A DNA stretch of 54,776 nucleotides, the filler included, from Catajapyx aquilonaris (Eukaryota), in the NCBI GenBank assembly GCA_000934665.2. It is 2 parts of 2 records of this genome, joined end to end, with 100 filler letters (N's around TTAATTAATTAA, not from the genome) between each part and the next. Parts side by side here need not be neighbours in the genome. Positions count along the whole stretch, not along the records: positions 27,438 to 54,776 come from KZ539279.1; 1 more part is not named here. One strand, given 5' to 3'. Position 1 is the stretch's first letter. Each line of letters starts with the position of its first letter. The notes below the pieces were generated by a model. That model was not told where the DNA came from and ran no database searches. It worked only from the letters and a program-made list of their open reading frames with translations. Both the position numbers and the translations under genes were made by a program. Positions 41,484 to 54,776 of this stretch are shown piece after piece.

Positions 41484-44400
41484 GTACTGTACAGTACACA
41501 TTCCCATGTTGCATTGTGGACTTGGGCACTGCTCTGTACACAGTGCATCAAAGACTATAAAAAGCTAATATATGGCGCTTCCCATCATGAATTTGGCCAC
41601 GAATAATTTCATCCTCACATTGCACGAAGGTCACGGACCTTGCGCATCCCGACTCTATTATCTCTCCAACTTGCGCCAACTACATCTTCCCACAGCGTGT
41701 CCTCCTGATCAACCATTTATGAATGTTGACGGGGAGCCGGGCGCAACATCCCGGAATGATCCTCCAGGGAGCGCCCTCTATTTGACACCTACTTGCAAAT
41801 TTTAAACGGCTAATAAAAGATTTTGCAAGATACCCGTGCATCACTATGAGAAATTCAGGCGTACCAAGAGGACCCTTCTCTTTCCCTCGGACCTAGATTG
41901 TGTCAGAACCTAATTTGTTGGTGGCGGTTTTATGAATTTATGAATGATGATGAAAGAGGGCTGCACAGGCAGAAGGGGGTGTGACACCAGGTAGTTTTCA
42001 CAGGCATGTACAGTTTTTTTTTTTGCGGAGTTTCCGGTCCCACGAGGCCGTGTCCGTCGGATGACCGGACCTGAAATTAGGGATGCTTTTACGCAAATGT
42101 TTTAATTTCCCTTGTTGCCATGTCCGAATCCCTGTATTTATTGGAAGAGTTTGTGGTGTTGCGGTCCCTTTTTGTGGGGAGTTGGAGGCAGAGGGTTTAA
42201 AAAAACTGGGGGTCGGATAAATAAAACGAGAAAAAGCAACACCCCCCTCCCCCACACACACTCTACACCCCACCCTAAAAAAAGACAATGCGTCACATGC
42301 GTGTTGCATCTACATTGCTGCGGGGATCACTGGCTCATGTGCCGGCAGGGGAGGGGGAGAGGTAGAGGTGAAAGCATATGTTTTTGCCATTTTTTGGGGG
42401 ACCCAAACCTTGTCGCTGTCGGCCAATTTTTAGGGACGGATTTGGATAACGACAGCTCTGGATCAATGCTGTCACATTGTGCCGCAATTTATTGTTGATA
42501 TTGTTAGGGTGCCTGGACGAAGATTGCATGGCCGATTTGGCTTTTTTGGGGGGTGCGTGTGCATGTGACAAGAGTCTTGAACCTATGGCGGGAAAGCTGA
42601 AAGGTCAAGCTGATTGGGCAGGAGCTTGCAGGGTGACCAGTCACGCTTCAGTGTTCACTGGGTGCCATAAATTATATGATGCACACAATCTGGCATTATC
42701 GTGTACTGTAGCTTTTTGCTCGTGACTGATTTTGCTGACGTTTTACATACAAAATGCACATAATGACGTCACAAACGTACACGTTTGACCTCCACCAGAA
42801 TGAAATGATCTTTCCTCTGCACATAGTAATTTTTAGCCCCTAGTGATTCATAGTATCCCTATAGACTGACCCCCTACTCCCTCTGGCGTTACGTAATTGA
42901 ACACAACATTCCTCCTGAATATTTTGTATCCTGAGCAATAGGCACTTTTTAAGTCTCGTTTTGTAGCGTGGGCGAGTCAGTAGCAATCCGAAGCAAGTGC
43001 TGAATAATCCGAAAGGGAGATGAGGCTAAGCCTGTTAAATTTTAAATCTAAAGAGCAGTATAAGTGGCTAGAGTCTCATGCGCCAGGGCAGGGGTTGGAA
43101 CCCCGCTCTGCCACTATTTGCCACAAAGGCCCTTTGGGAGGTTAACGGTAACCTGATCGGCGTCATATTCACTAACTAGGCATCGGAGAACAGGACACGA
43201 GTTTGAAATATTTAGTCTTGACCCGAGTTGTGTGGCTGAATCCTGCGATTTCTCATCTCCTCAAAGCCCCCTGCAGATACGATTCTAGGGGGAGAGGGGA
43301 AGGAAGGAAGGAATGAGGGGAATTCACTTTGTTGAAGTAAAGGTCGCTATATTGACGTGATCCCCACAGTTGGCTGGTTACTTTAAAGCAATAGAATACA
43401 TAGCAAAAATAACTCTGACGTCCGCACTTTTAGTCATAGCCATGATGTAACCCCCATTGTTAATAAATTGTAGGCGCATACTACCAAAATAGTATCGTAA
43501 CCAAGCTGGATTAATTATTTTTTTAAACAAGTATGGTACTATCCGGGCTTTAATTTCAATATGACCGGTCTAATAACCACAGTCCCACCATTGCTCCCCA
43601 CCCAAACCCACCCAACTCAGCCCATGCTTCACAACAGGATATAAAATGCAGTGAAATAGAATCTGGAGCATTTGTGTGCCATTGTTTGCCAATTGTAAGC
43701 ATGAAACATGGCTTTCCCATCAATCACGCTCGCAAAGTGACGGAATGAGCCGCAGGGCAGGTCATAAAAATTTCATGCCGTGTCTATCTGCTTTTGCCTC
43801 AAGATATAAACTATGCGTCTCGTTGTCAATAAAACAGTTTTGCGCGGCCATTTACCCGTTTTTTTGGTTGTGCCCTGCCTTTGTGACGGGTTGACACTAG
43901 GTAGCGATGCATGTATAAATCTTTTCGCTTTGCCCACCGTAATTGTGTGCTATTCTGCAACAACGTAGCAAGCGGTCACAAATGAGACATCGACATTTTT
44001 TTGCATATGGTTTTGTCCTGTAATACGTACAGTATATGCCAAAAATGTTTCTGACACTACACAACCATCACTCTATAGGGTTTATCAGAACCGATTTTTT
44101 GCCGAAGCATTTTATGTATATGGCCAGACGTTATTGTTGAATTTGAGGGCAGTAGACACCCACCAGTTTCTTAAGCACTGTAAATTACATTCTTGGGCGG
44201 ATTTGGGCAGTGCTGGAGAGGTAGTTTCTTTCGCAGCAGAAAAATCCCTCAGGCTAACAAAAGAGAGAAGAAAAACGAAGAGGAAGTAGGGCAGTGAGAC
44301 AAGGATATTTCCGATTCTGCCATTCGAATCTTTACAACTATTACGTGTGACACTTTTGTAATGTTTCTGGAAAGAAAAAGTGGCGGATTTGATTCATAGT

Positions 44401-44760
44401 GCCATCTTAAATTTCCTCCCTCCCACCCTTTCTCTTTCCCATCTCTCGCATTGTCATGTGAATAAATCAAAGCCCGCTCGCTGGAATAATGGAGCCCAGG
44501 GAGCGATCGGCCTGATGCAAACGGTGTAGAGCATCTTGCAAATGGATCCGAAGGCGCAGCTGCACTTCTGTGTCTTGAGAATAAATTTCTCTTTTTCTCC
44601 GTCTCATTACTTACTCGGTACGCCCTGTCATCACGAGACATTTGGAGAGACTTGCTTTATACAGAGGTTACAAAAAGGGGTGGGAATGTGGCCAGCAAAT
44701 TGGTAGTCTTAAGCTGATTCAGTGTGGTTCGAAGCTCCCCCTGTATTTCTTTTATTTCAG

Positions 44761-44846
44761 ATATTGCAGGAGGTGAAGACCATCTTCGTGTCTCCTTCAC
44801 CTTGTTCGTTTTAGTGCTTACCTTCGTCTTGGTCGGAACATTATGA
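44761..44846 (+). CDS. Candidate stop-containing exon encoding a GPI-signal-like tail (DIAGGEDHLRVSFTLFVLVLTFVLVGTL*)
   Basis: Strong acceptor tatttcttttatttcag|; phase-1 frame gives small residues, spacer, hydrophobic tail and TGA; donor acg|gtaagt at 44881. Confidence 0.55.
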
Positions 44847-46194
44847 GGCTGTCTTGCAGAACAAATGTTATTTTTGCACGGTAAGTTCCCTCTTGGTCTT
44901 CATTTACATTTTGTTTGCATCCTCGCTAATCCGGTTGATAATGAACTAAATTTGTCCTCTGAAGTAGCGTTTTGCCAGCCTTCAGCTTTTGCTTTGTCAT
45001 TTCTTCGTCTTGATTTTGACGCTTCTCTTCACAATAAGACATTGAGCGTTGAGAGGTTAGGAATTCCATGTCATATACCGTATTCAGGACGAGTGTAAGG
45101 AAATGACCGGACCTCAGGGCCCACTCACTATACATGCACGTTCCAAGGATTAATGCCTCGCTTTATATGCAACCGGTGCTGTTGGACTTGCCGCCGAGGA
45201 AAGCCTAACGATCAGGGAGATGACATCAACTCCTCTCATCGCCGTATTTTAAAAGGGGCTTTGCCGCACAAAACGTGCGTTTGAACTGTCTGCAACCCCT
45301 CAAACTACAGTTAGTCAATACACCAATATCTGTGGGCTGAATCCCCACCACGCCGCAGATGATCACGTTTCAGTCACGTGCAGTGCCTTCACAAGCGCGT
45401 CAGATTGTCACTGATTCCACAAAAAAGAGCTTGAAGTAACACCTGCGACCTGTGCAATGGGCCCCATAGCAATTGTACCAGATCCCAAAATCCCAGTCCA
45501 TACTCCATGTCTCAAGTAGCAACTCTGCTAAGCACCTGAAGCAAAGTTGCGATCAGAGTCAAAATGGTCGCCCCCATCGCAAGTCTACCAACTGATTGGC
45601 ACCCATATTGACAAGCAGCGCATCTGCGATGTCTGACTTCCCATGAAAAGCGGAGTCTCCCTCAGGCCTCCTTTCGTGGAATCAGTAAATCTCTCCACCC
45701 TAACTTTGCAAAGTTTGGAAGTGACGGCTGATTTGACAGGGTGAGTTCATTGAGGCAACCCTGCTGCCGGACTGCATTATGTAGAACCTAACTGTACTAC
45801 CTGGAGAGTGGCACCTGGTGCGTAAATCACGTGGGTTTGCGGCAAAGCTAGTGCATGCCTGGAGCGCCCGCCAGTCACGGGTTCCACTCACCTCCATCTT
45901 TCACACGAACCCCGCTGGTTCATTAATATTAATTTAGCAAAGCGATTATCCTAAAGAGAAGCGAATTAATATTACCGTGGGAGAAATTTATTACAGGGAG
46001 TCGGGGGCTGGCGTCGGATAAACCGTAGTGAAGTGTCTGTTAATTTGTACGCAATGCTTTTTGGTGGAGCGTAATTTTTTTAGGCCCCGCAAATGAAGTT
46101 TTCTTGTCGACGTTATGTACACTGCTACAGTATTTATTGCTGTGGAGTGCAAAAAAATGAAGTTTGAAGCTTTGTTTGCACTTTTTCAGAAATG

Positions 46195-46417
46195 TAGGGT
46201 GTTCCAAGTTCGTGGGTTGTTTTCTTTTATAACTGATGTCGTCCGAAGCAGTTTTTTTGTAGCTTGTTGTGCCCCTAACCAGGTGCCCCATTCTATAGCA
46301 ACTGCTATATTCGACCCCCTGGGAGTAATGGGGAACCTGGATCGGGGCACAACAAGCTACACAATCGGACGATATCAGTTATTTTAAAAAACGACCCGTG
46401 AACTTTGGAACACCCAG
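46195..46417. mobile_element. Tc1/mariner-type MITE
   Basis: gggtgttccaa..aactgat.tcgtccga..tgtagcttgttgtgcccc and its reverse complement, ending ttggaacaccca g|TA. Confidence 0.8.
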
Positions 46418-47506
46418 TATACGTAAATGGGGAATAGGTTGGATCGGTGATTCTTTTTCAAACGGATGGTGTGCACTCAATGTGCAGCCATGCACATGAA
46501 CTGGTTCTTAGAGTTCTTTGTTTTGGCTTCAGACTCGAGTATCGTAAAACAGTAAAGCTGCATATGTGTATGTAATGAAGTAAAGAGCTAGGTTCTTTGA
46601 TGATAAGCTTAAGAGAGGGGTAGATTTGAACGGCCCTTGTGTGTTTCATGACCATGTCTATTTACAGGTCTACGAGTGCGACTAATTGGATGTTGTGGTT
46701 CTGTGGCTTCCTTTGGAGATCAGCATTTCAACGAAAGAGACGGATATTACTTTGAACCTAACGCACTCTCCCACGTCGAATCCAATCGATACGCCACGGA
46801 CCAAAATGTAGAGTAGAATGATCTCACAGCGGGTTTGGCAGCCAGACAATTTTTCTGCAGTGTGAAACACAGAAAAAGATGGGCGAGTGTGTAGGATGTT
46901 GACCGCTTGCTCCCTCCCAAGGGGTGTGTAATTTTGTAATCGCGGTTATTCGGAATTTAAGTCAGCTCATGAGAAAACGGGACCCAGAAAAAAATATTAC
47001 TCTCCGGATCATGTACTACACTCTACTAGCTCGTTTCATTTTTTCCTTCCTTTGACAAAATGTTATTTGTTACATTTATGAGATGGACGTGGCGAGAGGT
47101 ATCCTTATCGTCGTCTTTTCTGATCCCAAACCCCCTTCCCCCCCCCNCCCCCCCGTTTCTTTCATGTGTATATGCGCTACACGTTTTATGTAAAAACACA
47201 AACACACAGACACAGATGTATATGCCAAAGTGCACCTCGGCGCAGAAGCAGTTTATGTTGTGTAGACACTAGTCACTGCGTAGTAGAGATGACTGCATCG
47301 TATATATTCGTATGTCAATAGCTTTCAATTGCATATTAAAATGTTCTTCCTGGTTACCTTTGAGGGAGCCCCCAACTCTTCGTTGTATGTATTTTTCCTT
47401 CTCTGATACTTTGTCTACGCCGTGCTGCTGAGCTCATTTTGCTTCCCACCTGTACATTTGTTTCCCCTTCATACATAACCTTGATAACCCTCGTGTCTTC
47501 CTAGTC

Positions 47507-47510
47507 TTTA

Positions 47511-47560
<50 letters not shown>
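47507..47560. repeat. (TAT)n microsatellite
   Basis: Seen directly. Confidence 0.95.
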
Positions 47561-50500
47561 GGGATGTTTAATGCACATGTATTGTTTTATTTTGCCCAAA
47601 TCTACCTAAGGCAGAGGTTTCGTGTGCTCGAAGTTGACTCACTAAGGAGGACAAGGTGGCGGAAATATGTGGAATATATCTGTTGTGTATGGCGTTATCC
47701 GATGCACAGAAAAGGGATTCCCATGTGAATTCCAGGAGATCGCTATTGCTCATTGTGTGTCGGTGTTTTTGCTGGGAACCTGTACACCGGAGGGTGTGAG
47801 AGCCACTGTCACTCTAGTCCCTTACCCACACCCATGGATGTGATTTCATTTCAAGAGGCCATTTTTACTTTTTAATCATGCCACTTTATACTGATAAAAA
47901 ACCCAACATATTGTGAGTTACATCGTGTGCACTAAAAGATACGTGTCAAGTTTGTATCGCTTTCAAATGTTATGGTTATAAGTGTATCCATAAATTTTAA
48001 GTGAATATAGGGCTGTTAGTACATGCCCACAGGTTTTTGGTGGGAGAGGGTTAAGGGATGAGGGCAAAAGCTCAAGACTGCGAAGATGTTTTCCGAAGTG
48101 CTCGGGAGAAAGAGACGAAAAGTGTCAGGGTGGTCACAACATAATGTTATTATTTTTCTTTACGCAGTGTAATCGGAGTTGTGTATAGTCACGAGGAGAG
48201 ATGGTTGTGTAAAATTTCTGGTAAAGTCTTTCCTGATGTCGCAAAAAAAGGCGAATACCTTTTTGCTCCAACCTTGTACAATGTTCTGACGGACGATATG
48301 TTTGTGTAAAGCACTCGTATTCGTTTTGTAGGGACGCTCATAAGTTATGTAACGCACTGTTCTACATACCGAGAAGGATTGATGGAGTCATCCATCACCT
48401 ATTTTCTGCACGACTGCTCTACTTTATCAAGTGGGAGTTCCATCAAATATTGGCGAACGCAGTGTATTTTGGTACAATGCAAGTCCCCACTTTAGGGGCG
48501 TTCACCATTTCTTTCTCTGTATCTTGGCAAACTACTTTGGTTGTTGGGACGTATGAATAAATTTGGACACTGCAGCACTGGGCGTGTTCAGACCGCCACA
48601 CCGTTAAGTTGACTGAGTCCATGGGAATTCAATGCAGATTAAAAATACATTTCATACAGCAGAGTGTATTATTTTGACATCACTCTTTTGTATTAACTTG
48701 GCATCTAGATATTGTCTTGAAACGGCCTTCGCATGACTTGTGTAGCCAGTGTTGAACTATCGTATTTTTCACTCTAGTTGCAACCTCATTTTTTCAAATA
48801 TTTGCATCTTCTCTCTTAGCAATCTAACGTCTTTCCACCAAAGTAATGATAACTCTGACTCGTTCATACACTATACGCCAACCTTATTACTTGGAGGCAA
48901 CGAAGCTTACTTATTACGACTTATTTATACGACCCACTGCCATCAAATAGCTGTGAGAAAGATACCATATCTCGTAAACTCCTCTCTTTATCGACATAGT
49001 ACTAGCTTGGTACTAGCCAAAAGCAGTCATATCAATATATGCAGAACGGCATACATGTTGTGTTTGGAACTACAACGATACACTCGTGCATCTGTGATCT
49101 TTGATTGAATTACATCTAATTTTGGAATTGAAACTCGTTTTCTTCTCGTTGTAATCAGTTCCTGGAATGTAATCAGCCAAAATTTAGTCAATTCGTTCCT
49201 CCACTAATTTGTCACAAAGTTTTATTTTTTGCCAAAAAAGCGAGAGAGCGAGTAGGGACGGTGGGGTGCATAAAAGTTTCCCCTGCAAAGGGAATTGGGG
49301 GAACAGTACCGTTCGATTACACTACACCACAATTCCCTTCACAGTCTGTAACAGAATGTGATTGCTCATTCAGCCCTGTGTCGAGTTCTTGCTTAGGCTC
49401 GTATATTTCCAGGATTAAGCAGCTTTGCAGTGATTACGCTTTAAAAATTCACCGAGGCACGGGAATTCATCACGTATAATTATTAATAAGGCCATTTTGC
49501 ATGTTTTTGAAGAGAGAGAGAAAAAGGAGAGTTCTTCTTCCTGAGAGAGTGCCAGTGCTGCTAAATTTATGGAAGGAAACTTCTTGCACGAAATTATCTA
49601 GATACCTGCATCACGACTAGAAAAAATGAAAACCCAGATAAACGGAACTTCTGCCAGCTGGCTGGTGTCAGAAGCTCGCAAAATTCTCTAAAACTTGTAA
49701 AACCTCTTCAAAAAAAATTGTGCTACTATATTCAAAATGGTGCAAAAACATCTTATATGACAGCATTATAAGCGACCTTGTTGTGTAATTCCGGAAGCTT
49801 CACTCCATTTCGACCAATCACGGCGTCCCTTTTTCTCCACTAATGGCAGGGCCTTGTGACGTCACAGTGGGGAGTCCGAAATCACAGCATGTCGGGCCTG
49901 GAAATGGCGTGCATGCAAAGCGCAGCCTTTTTGACGTGACATGCTGTAGCTGCACAGACACACAGACACACACACATACACATATTCAGCCTTTGTCATA
50001 TGGCTGACACCAGCCTGGGTTACGACACCAAATAATCGTATCCACTTGGAGGAAAGCGGGGAAAGTTTTGATATCGCAACTTGTTACGAATTCCATGTTT
50101 GCAAATTTCCTGCTGCTGCCTTCTCAATGGCCGAGCGAAATTCGATTTGCTGCCGGAAGTGCGCTCATAATTATTATGTCCTGGCCAAACCAATACTGCT
50201 TCCCGCCAAAATAATCTGAGGCAAGATTGAAATCGGAGGGGGTTTTATTCTACCGCGAAATGTGGTAGATCTTGCAAACTTTTCGTGTCATCTTTCTACG
50301 AGTTTCCACTCCGCAAACTTCTAACTTTAGTTCTCCCAAGTCTCAGTAAATTCAGGTGAATTCGGTGTTAAGGTGCATCTCTGTGTGTAATTATTGATGA
50401 GTACACGCCATACAAGTTCAAACTGGGTAATTCTATTATGATTCATTAAGTATTCCTCACTCACATAATGTTAATTTAAAGGGTAAGGATCTGTAAACTT

Positions 50501-52225
50501 GCCCAGGATTTGAATGCCCGAGTTTCTCACTCTCACTACAATGCACTCTGCTGTAATTGCACAAGTTTTCCCACAAGTTTCCTTCGTTAATACAGCATTC
50601 ACTTTTTATGACTCTTGTGGTGCCATATGAACTTACGGGATCAAGAAATGAACTTTGTTAATCATGGAGGGTGTGTGGTGTGATTGATGACTCCCTATTG
50701 GATATCAAACTGATAATATGTAGTTGGGACATGTGAAGTTCAACTTCAGTGTGTAGAAGTTTACACACCGCAAAATCTAATTTTAAGTACGATTATTTAA
50801 GTTGATAAAATATTACAGGCTGCAATGGAAATTTAATAACGAGCTAAAAATTTCGGTTGCATTGTCTCGTCACTATATTAGTTTCATTTCCTGCCTAACG
50901 GGTAGCGCATTTTCTTGTTTTGCAAAATAATAATGATAATCTGAATCTTTATTGAACTTTCTACTATAATGAAAAGTAGGCAGTGGATGCAAATTGAAAA
51001 CAATCAAACCCCAGTTGCAAAATATTGTACAGCAATACCCATATTATTCCCTACATTACACACAAGAAGAAAATATTGGCAGACACTATGTTAATTAGTA
51101 TAGGTCCGTGGCGTTACTGTGGGCCTGTTATTAGTCAAAACCAGTCATTGCCCATTGTTTTCAGAAATGACAGTTTGTACCACTGGATATACTGGTGGTA
51201 ACCGTCATAAAAGGATGGAGAATTTGTTATAAAGATAGGGAAACTACAAAGTGACGAGAGGAAAAAGGCCTGAAAAGGTAGCAGCAGGCTTCATCTTTCT
51301 ATCGCATCTGCACGTATGCTTCGTTGCGTTTTTATTTTACGGATATAAAAATATGTCTGCCAAAGAGCTGTACGTAATTTATGAAGCGCCCCTTTTGTCA
51401 CCTTTTGTCGTGAACTGTTTGTCGCCTCTTTGTCATTAACTCTTTTGTGGATGTTTCCAACTGACAATAATTCTGGACAGTTGTAAGAGTATTTTAAAAC
51501 CCCTATGTAAACATCTCTGCTAATGAACATGTTATATTGGACAATTTATTATTAATTCTGAAAACGCTTCAGTGTAAAGAAAAAAAATACCCTACTCGTG
51601 TAACTTTTATGACATGTTTGTTATTGTACATGGTTTTCTTTTACAATGTGAAAAAATACAAATAATAATAAAAATATTTTTTACGGAACAACTGCCTTTA
51701 GATGTTTTCTGGCTTTGAATCGTATCACCTTAACAACACGTAAGTAGGCCCATTGTACACAGTATAGCTGCCAAAATATTTTAACATGGAAAGTTTAGTT
51801 CTAAATATAGCCTACATGTGTTTCTCTGCCCATGTTGACGATCCTAAGGAGGAAGGAGAGATGGGAAGTCACACCTGGCTATGTAAACAAAGTTGGAAGC
51901 ATGGTAAAAGGTGCCTAAAGTAAAGAACTAAAGGACTCTTTGTTCTGAATCTAGAATGGGGCTCTCATTCAGACCAGGAGTGACAAATCCATCAACTATT
52001 TCCCGTCCCCCCCCCCTTCTGATCGTTAACTTGGGCAAAGAAACACCCTGAGAGAATTACCTGCTTTTTTTGTAACCTACTAGTAATCTTCTCTTCAACT
52101 GCCCCCCTTTCCATCCTTTTTTGTTCCATCTTTTTAGGAGGGGCGGAGGGCATCAGGATCTTCACAGGACCCAGGTAGGTTCGTCATGTGTGATTAGGAA
52201 TGACTATGTGCAAGCATTCATACTA

Positions 52226-53292
52226 CAGGGTGGACGGAAAGTTTCNCATACTTTTCACAGCGTCTTTTCACATCTTTTAAAAGTCCACAAGTAGTTCTAA
52301 TGTACACTATCTTTTGAAGCATAATCTTGAGAACATCTGAGCACCTTCGCTCTCGCAATTGAATCACTTTTTATAAGAAGGGAACAAGTCCAATAACTTT
52401 AAGTTGGACTTGTTCCCTTCTTATAAAAAGTGATTCAATTCCATTAATAACTTCGCCTCTGTGACTCATCTAAACATCCTATCTGTTTTGCGTTTATTTT
52501 GCTTGTTGCCTTGGAGGACACCTGGTCATATTCTGCGTCAGATAAGGTTTTTATGACCCTTTTCCATGAGTTCCCCTTCATGCAAATGTTGTGAACTCAC
52601 TCCTGACCTTATTTTTCGCATTGGTCCATAACCTGGTCCAATAAAAAATTGAAAAGGAATGCATGAAATGGCGGACCCGGATGCATTACTTTCGAATTGG
52701 TACCATCACATTTGTCTCCATTTTTACTTTAAAATAATTTTTTGGTGGGAAAGGACAGTAAACAGTCCTACCTTGGCAAATTAATCAACATGACACATCC
52801 TTTCGTTCACGTCCTTTCGCACCAAAAAATTATTTGAAAGTAAAAATGGAGACAAAATGTGATGGTACCTATGTGAGAATTCGAAAGTAATGCATCCGGG
52901 TCCGCCATTTCATGCATTCCTTTTCAAATTTTTATTGGACAAGGTTATGGACCAATGCGAAAAATAAGGTCAGGAGTGAGTTCACAACATTTGCATGAAG
53001 GGGAACTCATGGAAAAGGCGGTCATAAAAACCTTATCTGACGCAGAATATGACCAGGGGTCCTCCAAGGCAACAAGCAAAATAAACGCAAAACAGATAGG
53101 ATGTTTAGATGAGTCACAGAGGCGAAGTTATTAATGGAATTGCGAGAGCGAAGGTGCTCAGATGTTCTCAAGATTATACTTCAAAAGATAGTGCACATTA
53201 GAACTGCTTGTGGACTTTTAAAAGATGTGAAAAGACGCTGTGAAAAGAAGGGTTATAAAACCTGGGGGGTCCGAAACTTTCCGTCCACCCTG
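52226..53292. mobile_element. 1.07-kb foldback Tc1/mariner-type MITE
   Basis: TA|CAGGGTGGACGGAAAGTTTC ... GAAACTTTCCGTCCACCCTG|TA; near-identical arms 52226-52756 and 52811-53292. Confidence 0.95.
52361..52436. mobile_element. 76-bp hairpin insertion with AATT target duplication
   Basis: 33-bp perfect arms and a 10-nt loop; AATT at 52357-52360 and 52437-52440; absent from the other arm of the host MITE. Confidence 0.88.
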
Positions 53293-53997
53293 TATATGAA
53301 CCTCCACACCAGAAATGCATTTGGTGTGATGATATAACAATTCAATTTAATAATCAATGTTTTTAGTTGCATAACTAAAAACATTCCAAGCTAATTCCAC
53401 TGTTTACAAAAATAATTGGGCAAGAGTAATGGAAAGCATGCAACTATTAATTTTCCATCTGGCCAGAATTTTGCTGTGCTTTTTAGCCATCCGCCTCAGT
53501 AAAAATGAGAATAATCATAGCATGTGTCTCGTTACGCAATTACACACACATTACCACATTATTTATGGTCAGCACTCCATTTAATCTGACGGCGGAAATT
53601 TGAGAATTTTTCAGTCAAAACTTGCACTTTGGTGAGTGCACACCGGGTAGTACATAATCACTTTGGATAAACTGGGCCCTACTAATGGTCCAAAAGTCCT
53701 ATTAATCCCACTTTTGACTCATCTTGTACTCTTAGTAATATACGGCTGAAATTTCCATTCATTCTTTTCTCCACGTAACTAAACACTCCACACATAGTTT
53801 AGCACTGCTGAAAATGAAACTGGCGCCAAGTTAATTACGCCCTCATTTACGGCACACAAATTATTATTGTATCAAATCCCGCTTTTAGACTGCGCCCAAG
53901 TCTGTCGTAAATCCGAGTTTGGGAGGACACTCATACTCGTACGTTGTGCTTAGGTTAATTGCAGTAACGAGGGTCCCCAAAAGGGGTTGGGGGGGGG

Positions 53998-54010
53998 NNN
54001 NNNNNNNNNN
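53998..54010. other. Short N gap
   Basis: 13 N after a G run. Confidence 0.97.
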
Positions 54011-54776
54011 GAAGGGCAGTAAAAAGACCGGTCATCTTTGTGTCCACTCTGGATACACACCCTCCCTAAAATCCTGCCCATAGCCCCTCCCAAAAGTGCA
54101 GTGTGTTGTTCCAATTTGCAGTATTGGATATCAATCGATCATCACAGTCACATTAGTATTGTGTAGTGTGAATAGGGGGCTAGGTAGACTAGGATCAAAG
54201 TGGGGGCGGTTGCAGGATTCGGGGTGATGTTGCCAACACGATCACACTGCGATGGGTCTGGCTCAATGGGAATTCAGTTGGATGGATTACGTGCCGCGGC
54301 GATCATCCTGGTGTACACTGGTGCTATCGCCCCTTTTGCTAATGGCGACACGGTATTAAATTCCGCGTAAATACGTCAAATGTAATCTTATCAAATGGAA
54401 CCCAATTGGTGTCGCGGTTATGGTTTGACACTAACTGGATTATTAGGAGACTGGAGAATGGATATGGCCAAAAGTACTAAAATGTGAGTTAAAAGTGGTC
54501 AACAACAAAGTTACAAAATGTATATGGTATACATTATTACTGCACGCAAAAAAAATAACTGACACACGCTGTAGTGTTCCTACGAAGGGTTAAATAAATG
54601 TTGTATTAGGCCGGAATCGTGGTGGCTCGCGTAAGTCTGCAGGGGCATAAATTGTGACGTAACTCCCATACGGACGACGCGACGGACGCCACCGTGGTGA
54701 AAAGTTACGGGAGGCGCGCGATTGAAAACATCCTGTAAATCCACGGGACCTCTCCAGATTCCGTAGGACTTATGGG

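Noticed and set aside
41065..41560. ORFs MREETGEPRENP... and the poly-Tyr ORF
   Set aside because: Translations of the SINE antisense strand and the (TAT)n tail.
45100..45900. GC-richer stretch, possibly a decayed LINE ORF1
   Set aside because: No continuous frame or diagnostic motif.

Overview
Eukaryotic invertebrate genomic DNA, probably arthropod (inferred from the short GT-AG introns and an intronless divergent ionotropic receptor). An artificial 100-bp gap linker at 27338-27437 splits the window, so the two halves may not be contiguous. The left half holds a compact cluster of three 6-exon secreted fibrinogen-related protein (FREP) genes, one intronless divergent ionotropic receptor (IR) and an 8-exon CD36/SR-B gene whose frame is broken by a 5-bp TA-flanked insertion. 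Decayed CD36 duplicates and nested DNA transposons follow (pogo-type MITEs, piggyBac, Harbinger). The right half is gene-poor and intron-like, with tRNA-SINEs, foldback MITEs and three phase-compatible small exons that would splice into a GPI-anchor-like C-terminus. All exon models and alignments were made by eye; no database search was run.
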